Below, piece by piece: positions 1 to 10,703 of a stretch of 32,000 bases of DNA (position 1 is its first letter; every line of letters begins with the position of its first letter). Made by a program: the position numbers and the translations under genes. The stretch is from Mycolicibacterium smegmatis (GTDB lineage Bacteria > Actinomycetota > Actinomycetes > Mycobacteriales > Mycobacteriaceae): contig NZ_LN831039.1 in assembly GCF_001457595.1 (NCBI RefSeq), forward strand, positions 3,240,001 to 3,272,000, in the 5' to 3' direction. Below the pieces are notes generated by a model, which saw nothing but the letters and a program-made list of their open reading frames with translations, searched no databases and had not been told where the DNA came from.

Positions 1-401
1 ACGATCTTCCACAGTTCGATCGCCTGCAGGATCGTCTTGTCGGTGTCGTGCGCCAGGCGCGGATCCACCTCGATGGACACCCGGCCGTCCACACCGTCGG
101 AGGCCTCGTACTCCTTGGCCAGCAGATCGCACGCGTTGCGCACGTCGTCGGTGGTGACCGTGCGGATGGTGGCGTCGACGTCGGCGCCACGCGCGGCCAA
201 CTCGTTGACCTGGGCGTCGTACGCGGTGCCCTTGGACAGTGCGGCCTGGAAGATCGACGGGTTGGTGGTGACACCGACAACGCTGCGGGTGTTGATCAGT
301 TCGGTGAGGTTGCCGGTCTGCAACCGGTCACGCGAGAGGTCGTCGAGCCACACGGATACGCCCGCGGCACTCAGCGCCGCGAGATTCGGGTTCTGAGCCA
401 T
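1..401 (-). CDS. tal: Transaldolase, partial (C-terminal part lies beyond the window start)
   Basis: Open minus-strand frame from ATG at 401 ([36 protein letters not shown]...[15 protein letters not shown]...) is typical actinobacterial transaldolase; adjacent to transketolase. Confidence 0.95.
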   Translation of the reverse strand, partial: MAQNPNLAALSAAGVSVWLDDLSRDRLQTGNLTELINTRSVVGVTTNPSIFQAALSKGTAYDAQVNELAARGADVDATIRTVTTDDVRNACDLLAKEYEASDGVDGRVSIEVDPRLAHDTDKTILQAIELWKI

Positions 402-435
402 GATTTGCCTCTTCTGCTAGTTGTTCGGTGCCCGA

Positions 436-2526
436 TCAGTTCTCGAGCGATCGCTCCGCCGCAGCGGCCACCGCTTCCGGGGTGAAACCGAACTCGCGGA
501 ACAACGTCTTGTCGTCGGCCGACTCGCCGTAGTGCTCGATCGAGACGATCTCGCCGGTGTCGCCGACCAGCTTGTACCAACTCTGCGCCACGGCGGCCTC
601 GACCGCCACACGCGCCGACACCGCGGGCGGGAGCACCGAGTCGCGGTATTCCTCGGGCTGCGACTCGAACCACTCGACGCACGGCATCGACACCACGCTG
701 GCGGTGATTCCCTTGTCCGCCAGGATCTTCTGCGCTCCCACCGCGAGCTGCAGCTCCGAACCGGTGCCGATGATCACGACATCCGGGTTCTTCTCGGGCG
801 TGCCGCCCAGCACGTATCCGCCGCGGGCCACACCCTCGGGGTCGGTGCCTTCGAGCACCGGGATCGGCTGGCGCGTCAGGATCATGCCGACCGGGCCGCT
901 GCTGGAGCCGCGCTCCAGCACGCTCTTCCACGCGTAGGCGGTCTCGTTGGGGTCACCCGGGCGCACCACCGACAGGTTCGGGATCGCGCGCAGTGCCGCG
1001 AGATGCTCGATCGGCTGGTGGGTCGGGCCGTCCTCACCGAGACCGATCGAATCGTGCGTCCACACGTAGATCGGGTCGATGTCCATCAATGAGGCCAAAC
1101 GCACCGCGGGCCGCATGTAATCCGAGAACTGCAGGAAGGTTCCGCCGTAGGCGCGCGTCGGGCCGTGCAGCACGATGCCGGACAGGATCGCGCCCATCGC
1201 GTGCTCACGCACACCGAAGTGCAGCGTGCGCCCGTACCAGGTGGCGTTCCAGTCCTCGGTGGAGATCGACGGGGGACCGAACGAGTTGGCGCCCTTGATC
1301 GTGGTGTTGTTGCTGCCCGCGAGGTCGGCCGAACCGCCCCACAGCTCGGGCAGCTTCGGCCCGACCGCGGAGAGCACGGCACCCGAGGCCGCGCGGGTCG
1401 CGACGGGCTTGGCGTCGAGGTCCCAGTGCGGCAGATCGGCGTCCCAGCCCTCGGGCAGCTTGCCTGCCAGCAGGCGGTCGAGCAGCTCCTTGCGCTCGGG
1501 CTCACGCTGGGCCCACTCGTCGAAGGACACCTGCCACTCGTCGTGGGCCTTCTTGCCGCGGGCGACGAGCTCGCGGGTGTGCGCGATCACCTCGTCGCGC
1601 ACCTCGAAGTTCTTCTCCGGATCGAAGCCGAGGATCTTCTTGGTGGCGGCGACCTCGTCGGCGCCGAGTGCCGAGCCGTGCACGCCGCCGGTGTTCATCT
1701 TGTTGGGCGCGGGGTAGCCGATGATGGTCCGCAGCGCGATGAACGACGGCTTGTCGGTGACCTTGCGGGCCTCTTCGAGCGCCTGCTCGATGCCGACGAC
1801 GTTCTCGCCGCCCTGCACTTCCTGCACGTGCCAGCCGTAGGCTCGGTAGCGCGCGACCACGTCCTCGCTGAAGGCGATGTCGGTGTTGTGCTCGATGGAG
1901 ATCTTGTTGTCGTCCCAGATGACGATCAGGTTGCCCAGCTGCTGCGTTCCGGCCAGCGACGACGCCTCGCTGGTGACGCCCTCCTCCATGTCGCCGTCGG
2001 AGGCGACGACGTAGATGTGGTGGTCGAACGGGCTGGTGCCGGGTGCGGCGTCGGGATCGAACAGGCCGCGCTCGTAGCGGGCGGCCATCGCCATGCCGAC
2101 GGCCGAGGCCAGACCCTGGCCGAGCGGCCCGGTGGTGATCTCGACGCCCTTGGTGTGGCGGAACTCGGGGTGGCCCGGGGTCTTGGAACCCCACGTGCGC
2201 AGCGATTCGATGTCGGAGAGCTCCAGACCGAAGCCACCGAGGTAGAGCTGGATGTACAGCGTCAGGCTCGAATGCCCGCAGGACAGGATGAAGCGGTCGC
2301 GACCCAGCCAGTGCGTGTCGCTGGGGTCATGGCGCATCTGCCGCTGGAACAGCGTGTACGCGAGCGGCGCGAGGCTCATCGCCGTACCCGGGTGGCCGTT
2401 GCCGACCTTCTGTACCGCGTCAGCCGCGAGCACCCGTGCCGTGTCGACGCTGAGCGTGTCGAGATCGGTCCAATCGTCGGGGTGGTTGGGCTGGGTGAGA
2501 GCGGTGATCTCTTCGGCCGTGGTCAC
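436..2526 (-). CDS. tkt: Transketolase
   Basis: 696 aa ORF with transketolase motifs ([60 protein letters not shown]). Confidence 0.98.
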   Translation of the reverse strand: MTTAEEITALTQPNHPDDWTDLDTLSVDTARVLAADAVQKVGNGHPGTAMSLAPLAYTLFQRQMRHDPSDTHWLGRDRFILSCGHSSLTLYIQLYLGGFGLELSDIESLRTWGSKTPGHPEFRHTKGVEITTGPLGQGLASAVGMAMAARYERGLFDPDAAPGTSPFDHHIYVVASDGDMEEGVTSEASSLAGTQQLGNLIVIWDDNKISIEHNTDIAFSEDVVARYRAYGWHVQEVQGGENVVGIEQALEEARKVTDKPSFIALRTIIGYPAPNKMNTGGVHGSALGADEVAATKKILGFDPEKNFEVRDEVIAHTRELVARGKKAHDEWQVSFDEWAQREPERKELLDRLLAGKLPEGWDADLPHWDLDAKPVATRAASGAVLSAVGPKLPELWGGSADLAGSNNTTIKGANSFGPPSISTEDWNATWYGRTLHFGVREHAMGAILSGIVLHGPTRAYGGTFLQFSDYMRPAVRLASLMDIDPIYVWTHDSIGLGEDGPTHQPIEHLAALRAIPNLSVVRPGDPNETAYAWKSVLERGSSSGPVGMILTRQPIPVLEGTDPEGVARGGYVLGGTPEKNPDVVIIGTGSELQLAVGAQKILADKGITASVVSMPCVEWFESQPEEYRDSVLPPAVSARVAVEAAVAQSWYKLVGDTGEIVSIEHYGESADDKTLFREFGFTPEAVAAAAERSLEN

Positions 2527-2770
2527 GACTCACTCCTAATTCATCTTCGTGATCGAACTTGCACTTGCTTCTTCACCAAACACCCTAGTGTGGTCCGGCC
2601 CATCCGATGCATGTCGGCCATCGGCGAATACTGGGGATTCGTCTACCCGGATTTCGCCGCGCCGACGCCGGGCCGAGCGCCAACCGACCCTGCGATTCGG
2701 AGCTTGCGCGGCGGCCGTCTACCATCGTCCGTAGTAGAAGCCACGTGACGCCACCTGAGGAGTTATTTGC

Positions 2771-3697
2771 GTGAGCATTCGCGAGCGCCGGCTCATCAGC
2801 TGGACGCCACGCCGAATCCGGACCACTTTCCTGGCCTATTTGGCGCTGACGAAGCCGCGGGTCATCGAGCTGTTGCTCGTCACGACCATCCCGGCCATGT
2901 TGTTGGCGGACCGGGGCACCGTTGACCCGCTGCTGATCCTGAACACCCTGGTCGGCGGCATGCTGGCCGCGGCAGGCGCCAACACGCTGAACTGCGTCGC
3001 CGATGCCGACATCGACAAGGTCATGAAGCGCACCGCGCGCAGGCCGCTGGCCAGGGCGACGGTGCCCACGCGGCACGCGTTGATCTTCGGCCTGGTGCTG
3101 ACGGTGACGTCGTTCTGCTGGCTGTGGTTGTCCACCAACCTGCTGTCCGGGCTTCTCGCGGTCGCCACGATCGCGTTCTACGTCTTCGTCTACACCATGC
3201 TGCTCAAGCGCCGCACCTCGCAGAACGTGGTGTGGGGCGGTGCCGCGGGCTGCATGCCGGTGATGATCGGCTGGTCGGCGGTCACGGGCACCATCCAGTG
3301 GCCGGCGCTGGTGATGTTCCTCATCATCTTCTTCTGGACGCCACCGCACACGTGGGCCCTGGCGATGCGCTACAAGGACGACTACAAGGCCGCCGGTGTG
3401 CCGATGCTGCCCGCGGTCGCCACCGAGCGCCAGGTGACCCGGCAGATCCTCATCTACACGTGGCTGACCGTGCTCACCACGCTGGTGCTCGCGCTGGCCA
3501 CCGGATGGCTGTACGGCGCGGTGGCGCTGCTGGCAGGTGCCTGGTTCCTGGTGATGGCCCACCAGTTGTACTCCGGTGTGAAACGCGGCGAGCCGGTCAA
3601 GCCGCTGCGGCTGTTCCTGCAGTCCAACAACTACCTGGCCGTGGTGTTCTGCGCGCTGGCCATCGACTCGGCGCTGGCGCTCCCCACCCTGCTGTAG
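2771..3697 (+). CDS. ctaB: Protoheme IX farnesyltransferase (heme O synthase)
   Basis: 308 aa UbiA-family membrane protein with [21 protein letters not shown] and [27 protein letters not shown] motifs. Confidence 0.97.
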   Translation: MSIRERRLISWTPRRIRTTFLAYLALTKPRVIELLLVTTIPAMLLADRGTVDPLLILNTLVGGMLAAAGANTLNCVADADIDKVMKRTARRPLARATVPTRHALIFGLVLTVTSFCWLWLSTNLLSGLLAVATIAFYVFVYTMLLKRRTSQNVVWGGAAGCMPVMIGWSAVTGTIQWPALVMFLIIFFWTPPHTWALAMRYKDDYKAAGVPMLPAVATERQVTRQILIYTWLTVLTTLVLALATGWLYGAVALLAGAWFLVMAHQLYSGVKRGEPVKPLRLFLQSNNYLAVVFCALAIDSALALPTLL

Positions 3698-3716
3698 AGC
3701 GGCTGCTGTAGCCGGT

Positions 3717-3743
3717 GGGGCGGCGACACCGGGCCGCCGCCCC
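3717..3743. terminator. Candidate bidirectional hairpin between convergent ctaB and qor
   Basis: GGGGCGGC (3717-3724) pairs with GCCGCCCC (3736-3743), 11-nt loop, located in the 52-nt convergent gap. No T-tract. Confidence 0.45.
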
Positions 3744-3749
3744 CGCCAC

Positions 3750-4726
3750 TCACGGGATCAGGACGATCGAACCGACGGTCTTGCGGCCCTGCAGATCGGT
3801 GTGCGCGCGCGAGGCCTCGGCCAACGGGTACGTGCCACCCACGGTGATCTTGATGGAGCCGTCGGCGATCGCGTTGATCAACTCACCCGCGCGCCACGAG
3901 AACTCGTCGGCCGTGCGGGTGTGGTGCGCCAGCGTGGGCCGCGTCAGGAACACCGACCCCGCGGCGTTGAGCCGCTGCGGGTCGAACGGCGGCACCGGGC
4001 CGCTCGACGCGCCGAACAGCGCGAGAGTGCCGCGCACCGCGAGGCTCGCCAGGCTCGCGTCGAACGTCGTCGCGCCCACGCCGTCGTACACCGCGGCCAC
4101 ACCCGCACCGCCCGTGAGCTCACGGACCCGCGACGCGAACGGCTGCGGATCGTCGGGGTCCGGGTAGTCCAGCACCTCGACCGCGCCCGCCTGACGCGAC
4201 AGTTCGGCCTTCTCGGGTGTCGAGGCCGTGGTGATCACACGGGTCCCCAGGCTCGTCGCCCACTGCGTGAGGATGAGCCCGACGCCGCCCGCGCCGGCGT
4301 GCACCAGGACGGTGTCCGACGGCTGCACCGGGTAGGTGGACTTCAGCAGGTAGTGCGCGGTCATACCCTTGAGCAGCGCCGAGGCGACCGCCTCGGGCGC
4401 GACGCCGTCGGGAACGTAGGCGACGAAATCGGCAGGGGCGACGCAGTAGTCGGCGTAGGCGCCCACGGCGTTGGCCGTCACCACACGGTCACCGACCTTC
4501 AGGGCCGCGACGTCGTTGCCGATGGCGGCCACCGTGCCGCACACCTCGGTTCCGACGACGAACGGCAACTCCCGGGGATACAGCCCTGACCGGAAGTAGG
4601 TGTCGATGAAATTGACGCCGATCGCGTCGGCTTTGATCAGAACCTCGCCGGGCCCGGGGGAGGGCTCGGGGCGTTCGACGTAGTTGAGGACTTCGGGTCC
4701 GCCGGTCTCGGCGACTTCGATGGCAT
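3750..4726 (-). CDS. qor: Zinc-independent quinone oxidoreductase / NADPH:quinone reductase (MDR family)
   Basis: MHAIEVAETGGPEVLNYVERPEP...VHAGAGGVGLILTQWATSLGTRVITTAST...; the listed ORF 3750-5669 runs on upstream of the real ATG at 4726. Confidence 0.92.
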
Positions 4727-4769
4727 GCACGCCACCTATCATCCACTCGTGAAGCTCGCCCGTCCGGAT

Positions 4770-5708
4770 GTGTTCCATCCCCGCGTCGTCCTCGCGTCCT
4801 GCCCGGCTTTGCCAGAAGGCGACGGCGACGACGACGGGCTCGTGGCCGCGCTGCGTCATCGCGGTCTGCATGCCCGGTGGCTGTCGTGGGACGACCCGGA
4901 GACCCTGGACGCGGATGTGGTGATCCTGCGGGCCACGTGGGACTACACCGAGCGCCTGCCGGAGTTCCTGTCGTGGACCCGTTCGGTGCGCAATCTGCTC
5001 AACGCCCCTGAGATCGTCGAGTGGAACACCGACAAGCGCTATCTCGGCGATCTCGCGCGCCTCGGTGTGCCGGTGGTGCCGACGGCGTTCTTCGCGGTCG
5101 GTGAAGAGGTGCAGATCCCGGCGGGGCCGGGCGGCAGGCTCGACGGCGAGATCGTGGTGAAACCGGCCGTGGGCGCCGGGTCGGCCGGGGCGTTGCGGTT
5201 CTCCGACCGTGTCGGGGCGCTCGCGCACGCCGTAGCGCTGCAGGGACAGGGCAAGGCGGTGCTGGTGCAGCCCTACGATCCCCGGATCGCCGATGGCGAG
5301 ACCGCGCTGGTGTTTCTCGGCGGCGAGGAGTCGCACGCGTTCACCAAGGGCCCGCTGCTGCCGCCGCCCGGTCAGTCGCCCGCCTTCGACCCGTCGGGCA
5401 CCTACGCCGAGGAGACGCTGTGGCCTGCCGATCCCGACGAGCAGGTGTGGCGCGTCGGCAGACTCGCGGTGTGGGCGGTGACGCGGTTGTTCGACATCGA
5501 ACCCGAGGACCTGCTGTACGCGCGGGTCGATGTGATCGGCGGCAGGGACGATCCGCGCCTGCTCGAGCTGGAACTCGTCGAACCGTCGCTGGGTTTCCGC
5601 CAGCTCGCCGCCGATGCGCGGGCCGGTGCCGAGCGTGAGTTCGCACTCGGTGTCGAGCGCGCGCTGCAACGTTTCGGGCTCGGGCCGCTGTCACACCGCA
5701 GCACCTGA
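4770..5708 (+). CDS. ATP-grasp-like protein of unknown substrate (start could be ATG 4725 or GTG 4770)
   Basis: RVVLASCPALPEGDGDDDGLVAALRHRGLHARWLSWDD...ATWDYTERLPEF...EIVVKPAVGAGSAGAL...ARVDVIGGRDDPRLLELELVEPSLGF; positionally equivalent to Rv1455. Confidence 0.85.
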   Translation: MFHPRVVLASCPALPEGDGDDDGLVAALRHRGLHARWLSWDDPETLDADVVILRATWDYTERLPEFLSWTRSVRNLLNAPEIVEWNTDKRYLGDLARLGVPVVPTAFFAVGEEVQIPAGPGGRLDGEIVVKPAVGAGSAGALRFSDRVGALAHAVALQGQGKAVLVQPYDPRIADGETALVFLGGEESHAFTKGPLLPPPGQSPAFDPSGTYAEETLWPADPDEQVWRVGRLAVWAVTRLFDIEPEDLLYARVDVIGGRDDPRLLELELVEPSLGFRQLAADARAGAEREFALGVERALQRFGLGPLSHRST

Positions 5709-5720
5709 GCGCAGCCGGAT

Positions 5721-6788
5721 CTAGTCGGGCAGGCGGGTGCCGGTCGCGATATCGAAGCGGTGCACGTCGCGTGCGGACAGTTCGACCGCTGTGCCCGTGG
5801 GGATCTCGGACAGCGACGGGGCGTCCACCACGCTGGTGAGCCGGAGTTCGCCGGAACGCACCGTGACGATCGCGCGGGGACCGAGCAGTTCGACGAGTTC
5901 GACGGTGGGCGCGGCCGAAGCGGTTGTGGCGGTGGTCTGGACGGGCCGCAGGGTCAAATCGTCGGGCCGCACGCCGACGGTCACCGCTGCGGCATCGGGC
6001 CCGCCGACGCGGATCCGCAAACCGGATTCGGTGCGCAGTTCACCGCCGCTGACCGCGCCGTCGACGAGGTTCATCTTGGGGCTGCCGACGAACGTCGCGA
6101 CGAACGTGTCGGCGGGCCGGCGATAGACCTCCTCGGGCGGTCCGGCCTGTGCGATCTGGCCGTCGCGCATCACCACGATGCGGTCGGACAGCGTCATCGC
6201 CTCTTCCTGGTCGTGCGTGACGTACAGCGACGTGATGCCGAGTCTGCGCTGCAGGCGCAGCAATTCGGTGCGCGTCTCCACGCGCAGCTTGGCGTCGAGG
6301 TTGCTCAGGGGCTCGTCGAACAGGAACACCGCGGGTTCGCGGATGATCGCGCGGCCGATCGCGACGCGCTGCTGCTGACCGCCGGATAGGTCCTTGGGTT
6401 TGCGTGACACCAGCGCACCCAGACCGAGCGACGCGGCGATGTCGTCGGCCCGCTTGAGCGCCTCGGCGCGGGGAGTCTTGGTGGCGCGCAGCGGAAACGC
6501 GATGTTCTCCCGCACCGTGAGATGTGGGTACAGCGCATAGTTCTGGAACACCATCGCGATGTCGCGGTCGCGCGGTTCGAGCCTGGTCACGTCGCGGTCG
6601 CCGATGTGGATGGTGCCCGAGGTCACCGGTTCCAGGCCCGCGAGCATCCGCAGCGAGGTGGTCTTGCCGCAGCCCGACGGCCCGACCAGCACGGTCAGGC
6701 TGCCGTCGGCGAGTTCCAGGTCGAGGTCCTTGACCACCGTGACTGCGCCATAGGACTTCTCGACCTTGGAGAAGGTCACCGATGCCAT
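5721..6788 (-). CDS. Carbohydrate ABC transporter ATP-binding protein (UgpC/MsmK/MalK type)
   Basis: Walker A GPSGCGKTTSLRMLAGLE, signature LSGGQQQRVAIGRAI, Walker B VFLFDEPLSNLDAKLR and C-terminal TOBE-like region. Confidence 0.96.
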   Translation of the reverse strand: MASVTFSKVEKSYGAVTVVKDLDLELADGSLTVLVGPSGCGKTTSLRMLAGLEPVTSGTIHIGDRDVTRLEPRDRDIAMVFQNYALYPHLTVRENIAFPLRATKTPRAEALKRADDIAASLGLGALVSRKPKDLSGGQQQRVAIGRAIIREPAVFLFDEPLSNLDAKLRVETRTELLRLQRRLGITSLYVTHDQEEAMTLSDRIVVMRDGQIAQAGPPEEVYRRPADTFVATFVGSPKMNLVDGAVSGGELRTESGLRIRVGGPDAAAVTVGVRPDDLTLRPVQTTATTASAAPTVELVELLGPRAIVTVRSGELRLTSVVDAPSLSEIPTGTAVELSARDVHRFDIATGTRLPD

Positions 6789-6808
6789 TGTCTTCTAACC
6801 TCGCTTGT

Positions 6809-7624
6809 CTAGTACTTGACCGCGCCGCCGCTGATCCCCTGGACCAGGCGTCGCTGGATGAAGAAGCTCGCGATCACGACGGGGATGATGGCGATCATGA
6901 TGGCCGCGCTCATGGTCCCGATCTGGACGCCGCGGAACGTGTTGAAGTTCGCGATCGCCACGGGCAGGATCGCGGCGTTTCCCGGTGCCAGGATCAGGCC
7001 GTAGAACAGGTCGTTCCACGACAGCGTGAACCCGAAGATGCCCGCGGCGCCGATGCCCGGATACACCTGTGGCAGCACCACCATCCGGAACGCCTGCCAG
7101 CGGGTGAACCCGTCCACGCGGGCCTGCTCCTCCAGCGAGGGCGGCACGGCCTCGAAGAACCCGATGAGAAACCATGTGACGAGCGGTAATACGAACGACA
7201 GGTGCGCGAAGATCACCGGCGCCAGCGTGTCGGTCAGCCGCAGCGCGTGCGCCATGGTCAGGAACGGGAACACCATGACCGCGGGCGGCACCACCTGCGC
7301 GGCCAGCATGCCGAAGCGCGTGAGTGAGCCGCCGGCACGGTATTTCGCGATCACGTAGGCACCCATGCTGCCGACGATCAGGCTGATGCTCACCGTGACG
7401 ACGCCGACCAGCGCGCTGCGGCCGGCCGCGGCGAAGATGCCCGAATCCAGCACGGCCTGCCAGTTGTCGAGCGTCGGGCGGAACACGAACAGGAACGGTT
7501 CGCTCATCTGCGCGGGCGATTTGAAGCTCGCGAGCGTGACCCACACGATCGGGAACAGCACGAAGAGGAACGCGACGGTGAGCACCGTGATGCGAAGCGT
7601 CTCCAACCAGCGCGGCCGGCTCAT
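6809..7624 (-). CDS. Carbohydrate ABC transporter permease (MalG-like)
   Basis: MSRPRWLETLRITVLTVAFLFVLFPIVWVTLASFKSP... with EAA-type loop EAVPPSLEEQARVDGFTRWQAFRMVVLPQVYPG. Start chosen inside the longer ORF 6809-8011. Confidence 0.94.
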   Translation of the reverse strand: MSRPRWLETLRITVLTVAFLFVLFPIVWVTLASFKSPAQMSEPFLFVFRPTLDNWQAVLDSGIFAAAGRSALVGVVTVSISLIVGSMGAYVIAKYRAGGSLTRFGMLAAQVVPPAVMVFPFLTMAHALRLTDTLAPVIFAHLSFVLPLVTWFLIGFFEAVPPSLEEQARVDGFTRWQAFRMVVLPQVYPGIGAAGIFGFTLSWNDLFYGLILAPGNAAILPVAIANFNTFRGVQIGTMSAAIMIAIIPVVIASFFIQRRLVQGISGGAVKY

Positions 7625-8484
7625 CGGGACGGGGTCCTCTCTCGCGTGCGCTCCATGGTCCGGAACGCCACCACGATCACCGCGAGCACCAGCACGAGCA
7701 CGATGAACGCCATGGCGCTGGCCTGCGCCAGCCGGAAGAACTGGATGCCTTCGAGATACATGTAGTACTGCAGGGTCTGGGTTTCGGTGCCCGGGCCGCC
7801 ACGCGTGGTCGCGTAGACGTACTCGAAGACTCGCAGCGCGTCGAGTCCGCGCAGCAGCACGGCCACCGTCAGCACGGGGGCCAGCATCGGGATCAGCACG
7901 CGGCGCAACCGGTACACCGGCCCCGCGCCGTCCACGCGCGCGGCCTCCATGGGTTGCTTGGGCATCGATTCCAGCCCGGCGAGGATCAGCAGCACCATGA
8001 ACGGCGTCCACTGCCAGATGTCGATGAACGCCAGTGTCAGCAGCGCCCGTCCGGAACCGAAGAAGTCGTGGTCGGCGCCTACGGCGTGCAGCAGTGCGGG
8101 CACGGCGCCGATCTGGTCGTTGAGCAGGAACCGGAAGATCAGGCCCACGGCGATCGGGGTGATGAACATCGGCGCCAGCACGATCGCGCGCGACAGGTCC
8201 TTGGCCCAGCGCTGCTGGTGCAGCGCGAGCGCGAGGGCGAAACCGATGACCAGCTCACCGCACACCGCGATCACGACGTAGGTCGCGGTGGTCGCGAAGG
8301 CCTCCCAGAACGCCGGATTGCTCAGCGCGGTCGCGAAATTCGCGGTTCCGACGAAATCGGGGGGTTCGCGGTCGGTGAGCTTGTAGTCGGTGACGGACAG
8401 GTAGGCCGCGTAGCACAGCGGGAATCCGACGGCCACGGCGAACAGGGCCAGCAGCGGCATGAGCATGCCGTACTTGAACTTCAT
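7621..8484 (-). CDS. Carbohydrate ABC transporter permease (MalF-like)
   Basis: MKFKYGMLMPLLALFAVAVGFPLCYAAYLSVTDYKL... with EAA-type loop KQPMEAARVDGAGPVYRLRRVLIPMLAPV; 4-nt overlap with the MalG-like gene. Confidence 0.93.
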   Translation of the reverse strand: MKFKYGMLMPLLALFAVAVGFPLCYAAYLSVTDYKLTDREPPDFVGTANFATALSNPAFWEAFATTATYVVIAVCGELVIGFALALALHQQRWAKDLSRAIVLAPMFITPIAVGLIFRFLLNDQIGAVPALLHAVGADHDFFGSGRALLTLAFIDIWQWTPFMVLLILAGLESMPKQPMEAARVDGAGPVYRLRRVLIPMLAPVLTVAVLLRGLDALRVFEYVYATTRGGPGTETQTLQYYMYLEGIQFFRLAQASAMAFIVLVLVLAVIVVAFRTMERTRERTPSR

Positions 8485-8524
8485 CTGCGGCCTTTTCTCG
8501 ACGTGGCCGCCGGGTTCCCCCAGG

Positions 8525-9853
8525 TCACTTCTGGATCCGCTCCACCGCGGCCTGGGCGTCACGCAGCGCGTCGGCGACGCTCTTGTTACCGGCGGCGGCG
8601 TCGTTGAGCTCGGTGCCCACCGCCTGGATCATCTCCTCGCCGCCCTTGCCCTGTGTGAGCGGGGCTGCGTCGCTGAGGATCTCACCGACCACGCGGTAGT
8701 AGTCCTCGCCGTACCCGTCCTTGAGCACCTTCTCGTTGGTCAGCGAGCTCTCGCGGACCACCGCACCACCCTTGGCGACCCGCTCGGCGTCGATCTCGGG
8801 CGAGGTGATCCACGAGATGAACGCCCACGCGGCGTCCGAGGCGGCCGAGTTGGCCGGGATGGCCCAGCTCCACAGGCCGAGCGCCGACTTGCCGCCCGGG
8901 ATCGGCGCCAGCGCGAACTGGCCCGCGCGCTCGCCGGACGCCCCGGCGGGGTCGTTGAGTGCGGGCAGGTTCCAGTTGTAGCCGACCATCGACGCGGCCT
9001 TGCCGCTGGAGACCGAGCGGAACGCCTCGTCGAAGCCCCACGCCAGGCTGTTGGCCGGAGCGGCGGTGCGGTAGGTCTCGATGTAGGCGTCGAGTGCGCG
9101 GGCGGCCTGTTCGGTGTCGAGCGTCGGGTTGCCGTCCTTGTCGTAGATGGACCCGCCCGCGGCGAACAGCCAGTTGGCCCATTCCTCGAAGATCTTGTAA
9201 CCACGCTGCGGTTGCATCGCGATGCCGGCGCGATCGGCGGTCTTGAGCTGCTGCGAGGTGCGCACCAGCGCGTCGAGGTCGGTGGGCACCGACGCGCCCG
9301 CGGCGGCCAGGTCGTCCTTGTTGTAGATGTAGCCCAGCGCGTAGTTGTAGAACGGCACGCCGTAGGTGGTGCCGTCGACGTCGGTGATGTCGGTCAGCGA
9401 CGGGAAGAAGTCGTCGGGCCGGAAGTCGGTGGTCGCGGCGATGCGCTCGTCGAGCGGCTGCAAAAAGCCCGCGTCGGCGAAATCGTCCATCCACGGGTTG
9501 TCCACCACGATGAGGTCGTACGCCGGTTGCGCGGCCTGGAACGACGACACCAGCCGGTCCCGCATCTGGTCGAACGTCATGGTCTCGATGTCGACCTTGA
9601 TGTCGGGGTACTTCTCGTTGAACTGCCCGACGAGGCCCTGCACGATGTCGGTGTCGGGCACGTTCTCCATCAGCACACGGACGGTGGCCGAGGTATCGGT
9701 GGGCACGTCGCCCACACCCGAGGTCGCTTCGTCGTTGGCGGGACCACCGGTTCCGGCGCAACCGGACAGCACCAGACCGGCGGCCACGGACATCGCGGTG
9801 ATCGCGGTGATCGCCGGCCGCCTGCGGCGCCGGCGCAGTTGTGGAATCTTCAT
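8525..9853 (-). CDS. Extracellular solute-binding lipoprotein of the sugar ABC importer
   Basis: MKIPQLRRRRRRPAITAITAMSVAAGLVLSGCAG lipobox, then a family 1 SBP-like domain (FNEKYPDIKVDIETMTFDQMRDRLVSSFQA). Confidence 0.94.
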   Translation of the reverse strand: MKIPQLRRRRRRPAITAITAMSVAAGLVLSGCAGTGGPANDEATSGVGDVPTDTSATVRVLMENVPDTDIVQGLVGQFNEKYPDIKVDIETMTFDQMRDRLVSSFQAAQPAYDLIVVDNPWMDDFADAGFLQPLDERIAATTDFRPDDFFPSLTDITDVDGTTYGVPFYNYALGYIYNKDDLAAAGASVPTDLDALVRTSQQLKTADRAGIAMQPQRGYKIFEEWANWLFAAGGSIYDKDGNPTLDTEQAARALDAYIETYRTAAPANSLAWGFDEAFRSVSSGKAASMVGYNWNLPALNDPAGASGERAGQFALAPIPGGKSALGLWSWAIPANSAASDAAWAFISWITSPEIDAERVAKGGAVVRESSLTNEKVLKDGYGEDYYRVVGEILSDAAPLTQGKGGEEMIQAVGTELNDAAAGNKSVADALRDAQAAVERIQK

Positions 9854-9908
9854 CTGTTCTCGCTTTTCTGGTGGGGGATGGGCAGTTGAGCGTGACGGGC
9901 GATCAGGC

Positions 9909-10703
9909 TCAGTCCATGTAGGCACCGCCGTTGACCGACAGCGCCTCTCCGGTGATGAAGCGGGCATCTTCGGAGACCAGGAACGCCACCGCGCGGGCGA
10001 CGTCGTCGGGAGTTTGCAGGCGGCCCAGCGGCGTCGCGTCGATCCAGGACTGGCGTACGCCGTCGGGCGTCGAGCCGCTGAGTTTCGCCTCCCACTCCAA
10101 TTCTCGTGTCTGCATCGGTGTTGCCACGAAACCGGGGCAGACACTGTTGACCGTGATGCCGTGTGCGGCAAGTTCGAAGGCCATCGCCTGGGTGAGGCCG
10201 AGCACGCCGAACTTGGACGCGACATAGTCCGCGAGGAACGGTACCCGGCCCTGCTTTGCCGCCATCGATGCGGTGTTGACGATCGTGCCGCGCACACCGG
10301 TGCGGATCATGGCGCGGGCCGCGGCCTGACCACAGAAGAACACGCCCTTGAGGTTGACGTCGAGACTGCGGTCGAGTTGTTCGGCGGAGATGTCGACGAA
10401 GTGCGCCATCGCGGAGATGCCCGCGTTGCTGACCCAGGCCCCCAGCCCGATGCGGTCGGCGACGTCGTCGGCCAGTGCGGACGCCTGCGCGGGATCGGTG
10501 ACGTCGAGACGCGCCGACTCGTGGCCGCTGCCGCTCAGGGATGAGGCCGTCTCGTCGGCCGCGGCGACGTCGACGTCGGTGGCGACCACACGCCGGCCGC
10601 GTTCGGCGAGCGTGGTGGCGATCGCGCGGCCGATGCCGGATCCGGCGCCGGTGACGACGACGGTGCTGGGGGTGTCGGGAGTGCTGTTCGCGGGGGTGCT
10701 CAT
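9909..10703 (-). CDS. Short-chain dehydrogenase/reductase, probable polyol/sugar dehydrogenase
   Basis: VVVTGAGSGIGRAIA cofactor motif, NAGIS, YVASK catalytic motif, C-terminal ITGEALSVNGGAYMD. Confidence 0.94.
   Translation of the reverse strand: MSTPANSTPDTPSTVVVTGAGSGIGRAIATTLAERGRRVVATDVDVAAADETASSLSGSGHESARLDVTDPAQASALADDVADRIGLGAWVSNAGISAMAHFVDISAEQLDRSLDVNLKGVFFCGQAAARAMIRTGVRGTIVNTASMAAKQGRVPFLADYVASKFGVLGLTQAMAFELAAHGITVNSVCPGFVATPMQTRELEWEAKLSGSTPDGVRQSWIDATPLGRLQTPDDVARAVAFLVSEDARFITGEALSVNGGAYMD

Noticed and set aside
402-435. Possible terminator between tkt and tal
   Set aside because: The 34-nt gap shows no stable hairpin; genes look cotranscribed.
1165-2748. 527-aa plus-strand ORF antisense to tkt
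   Set aside because: Lies almost wholly opposite the unambiguous tkt frame; low-complexity Arg/Val/Gly-rich translation typical of high-GC mirror frames.
4727-5669. 5' extension of the 639-aa minus-strand ORF 3750-5669
   Set aside because: Only the part from ATG 4726 downstream resembles quinone oxidoreductase; the extension is antisense to the ATP-grasp gene.
8459-9889. 476-aa plus-strand ORF opposite the solute-binding protein
   Set aside because: Antisense shadow of a clear SBP gene; no recognisable motif.
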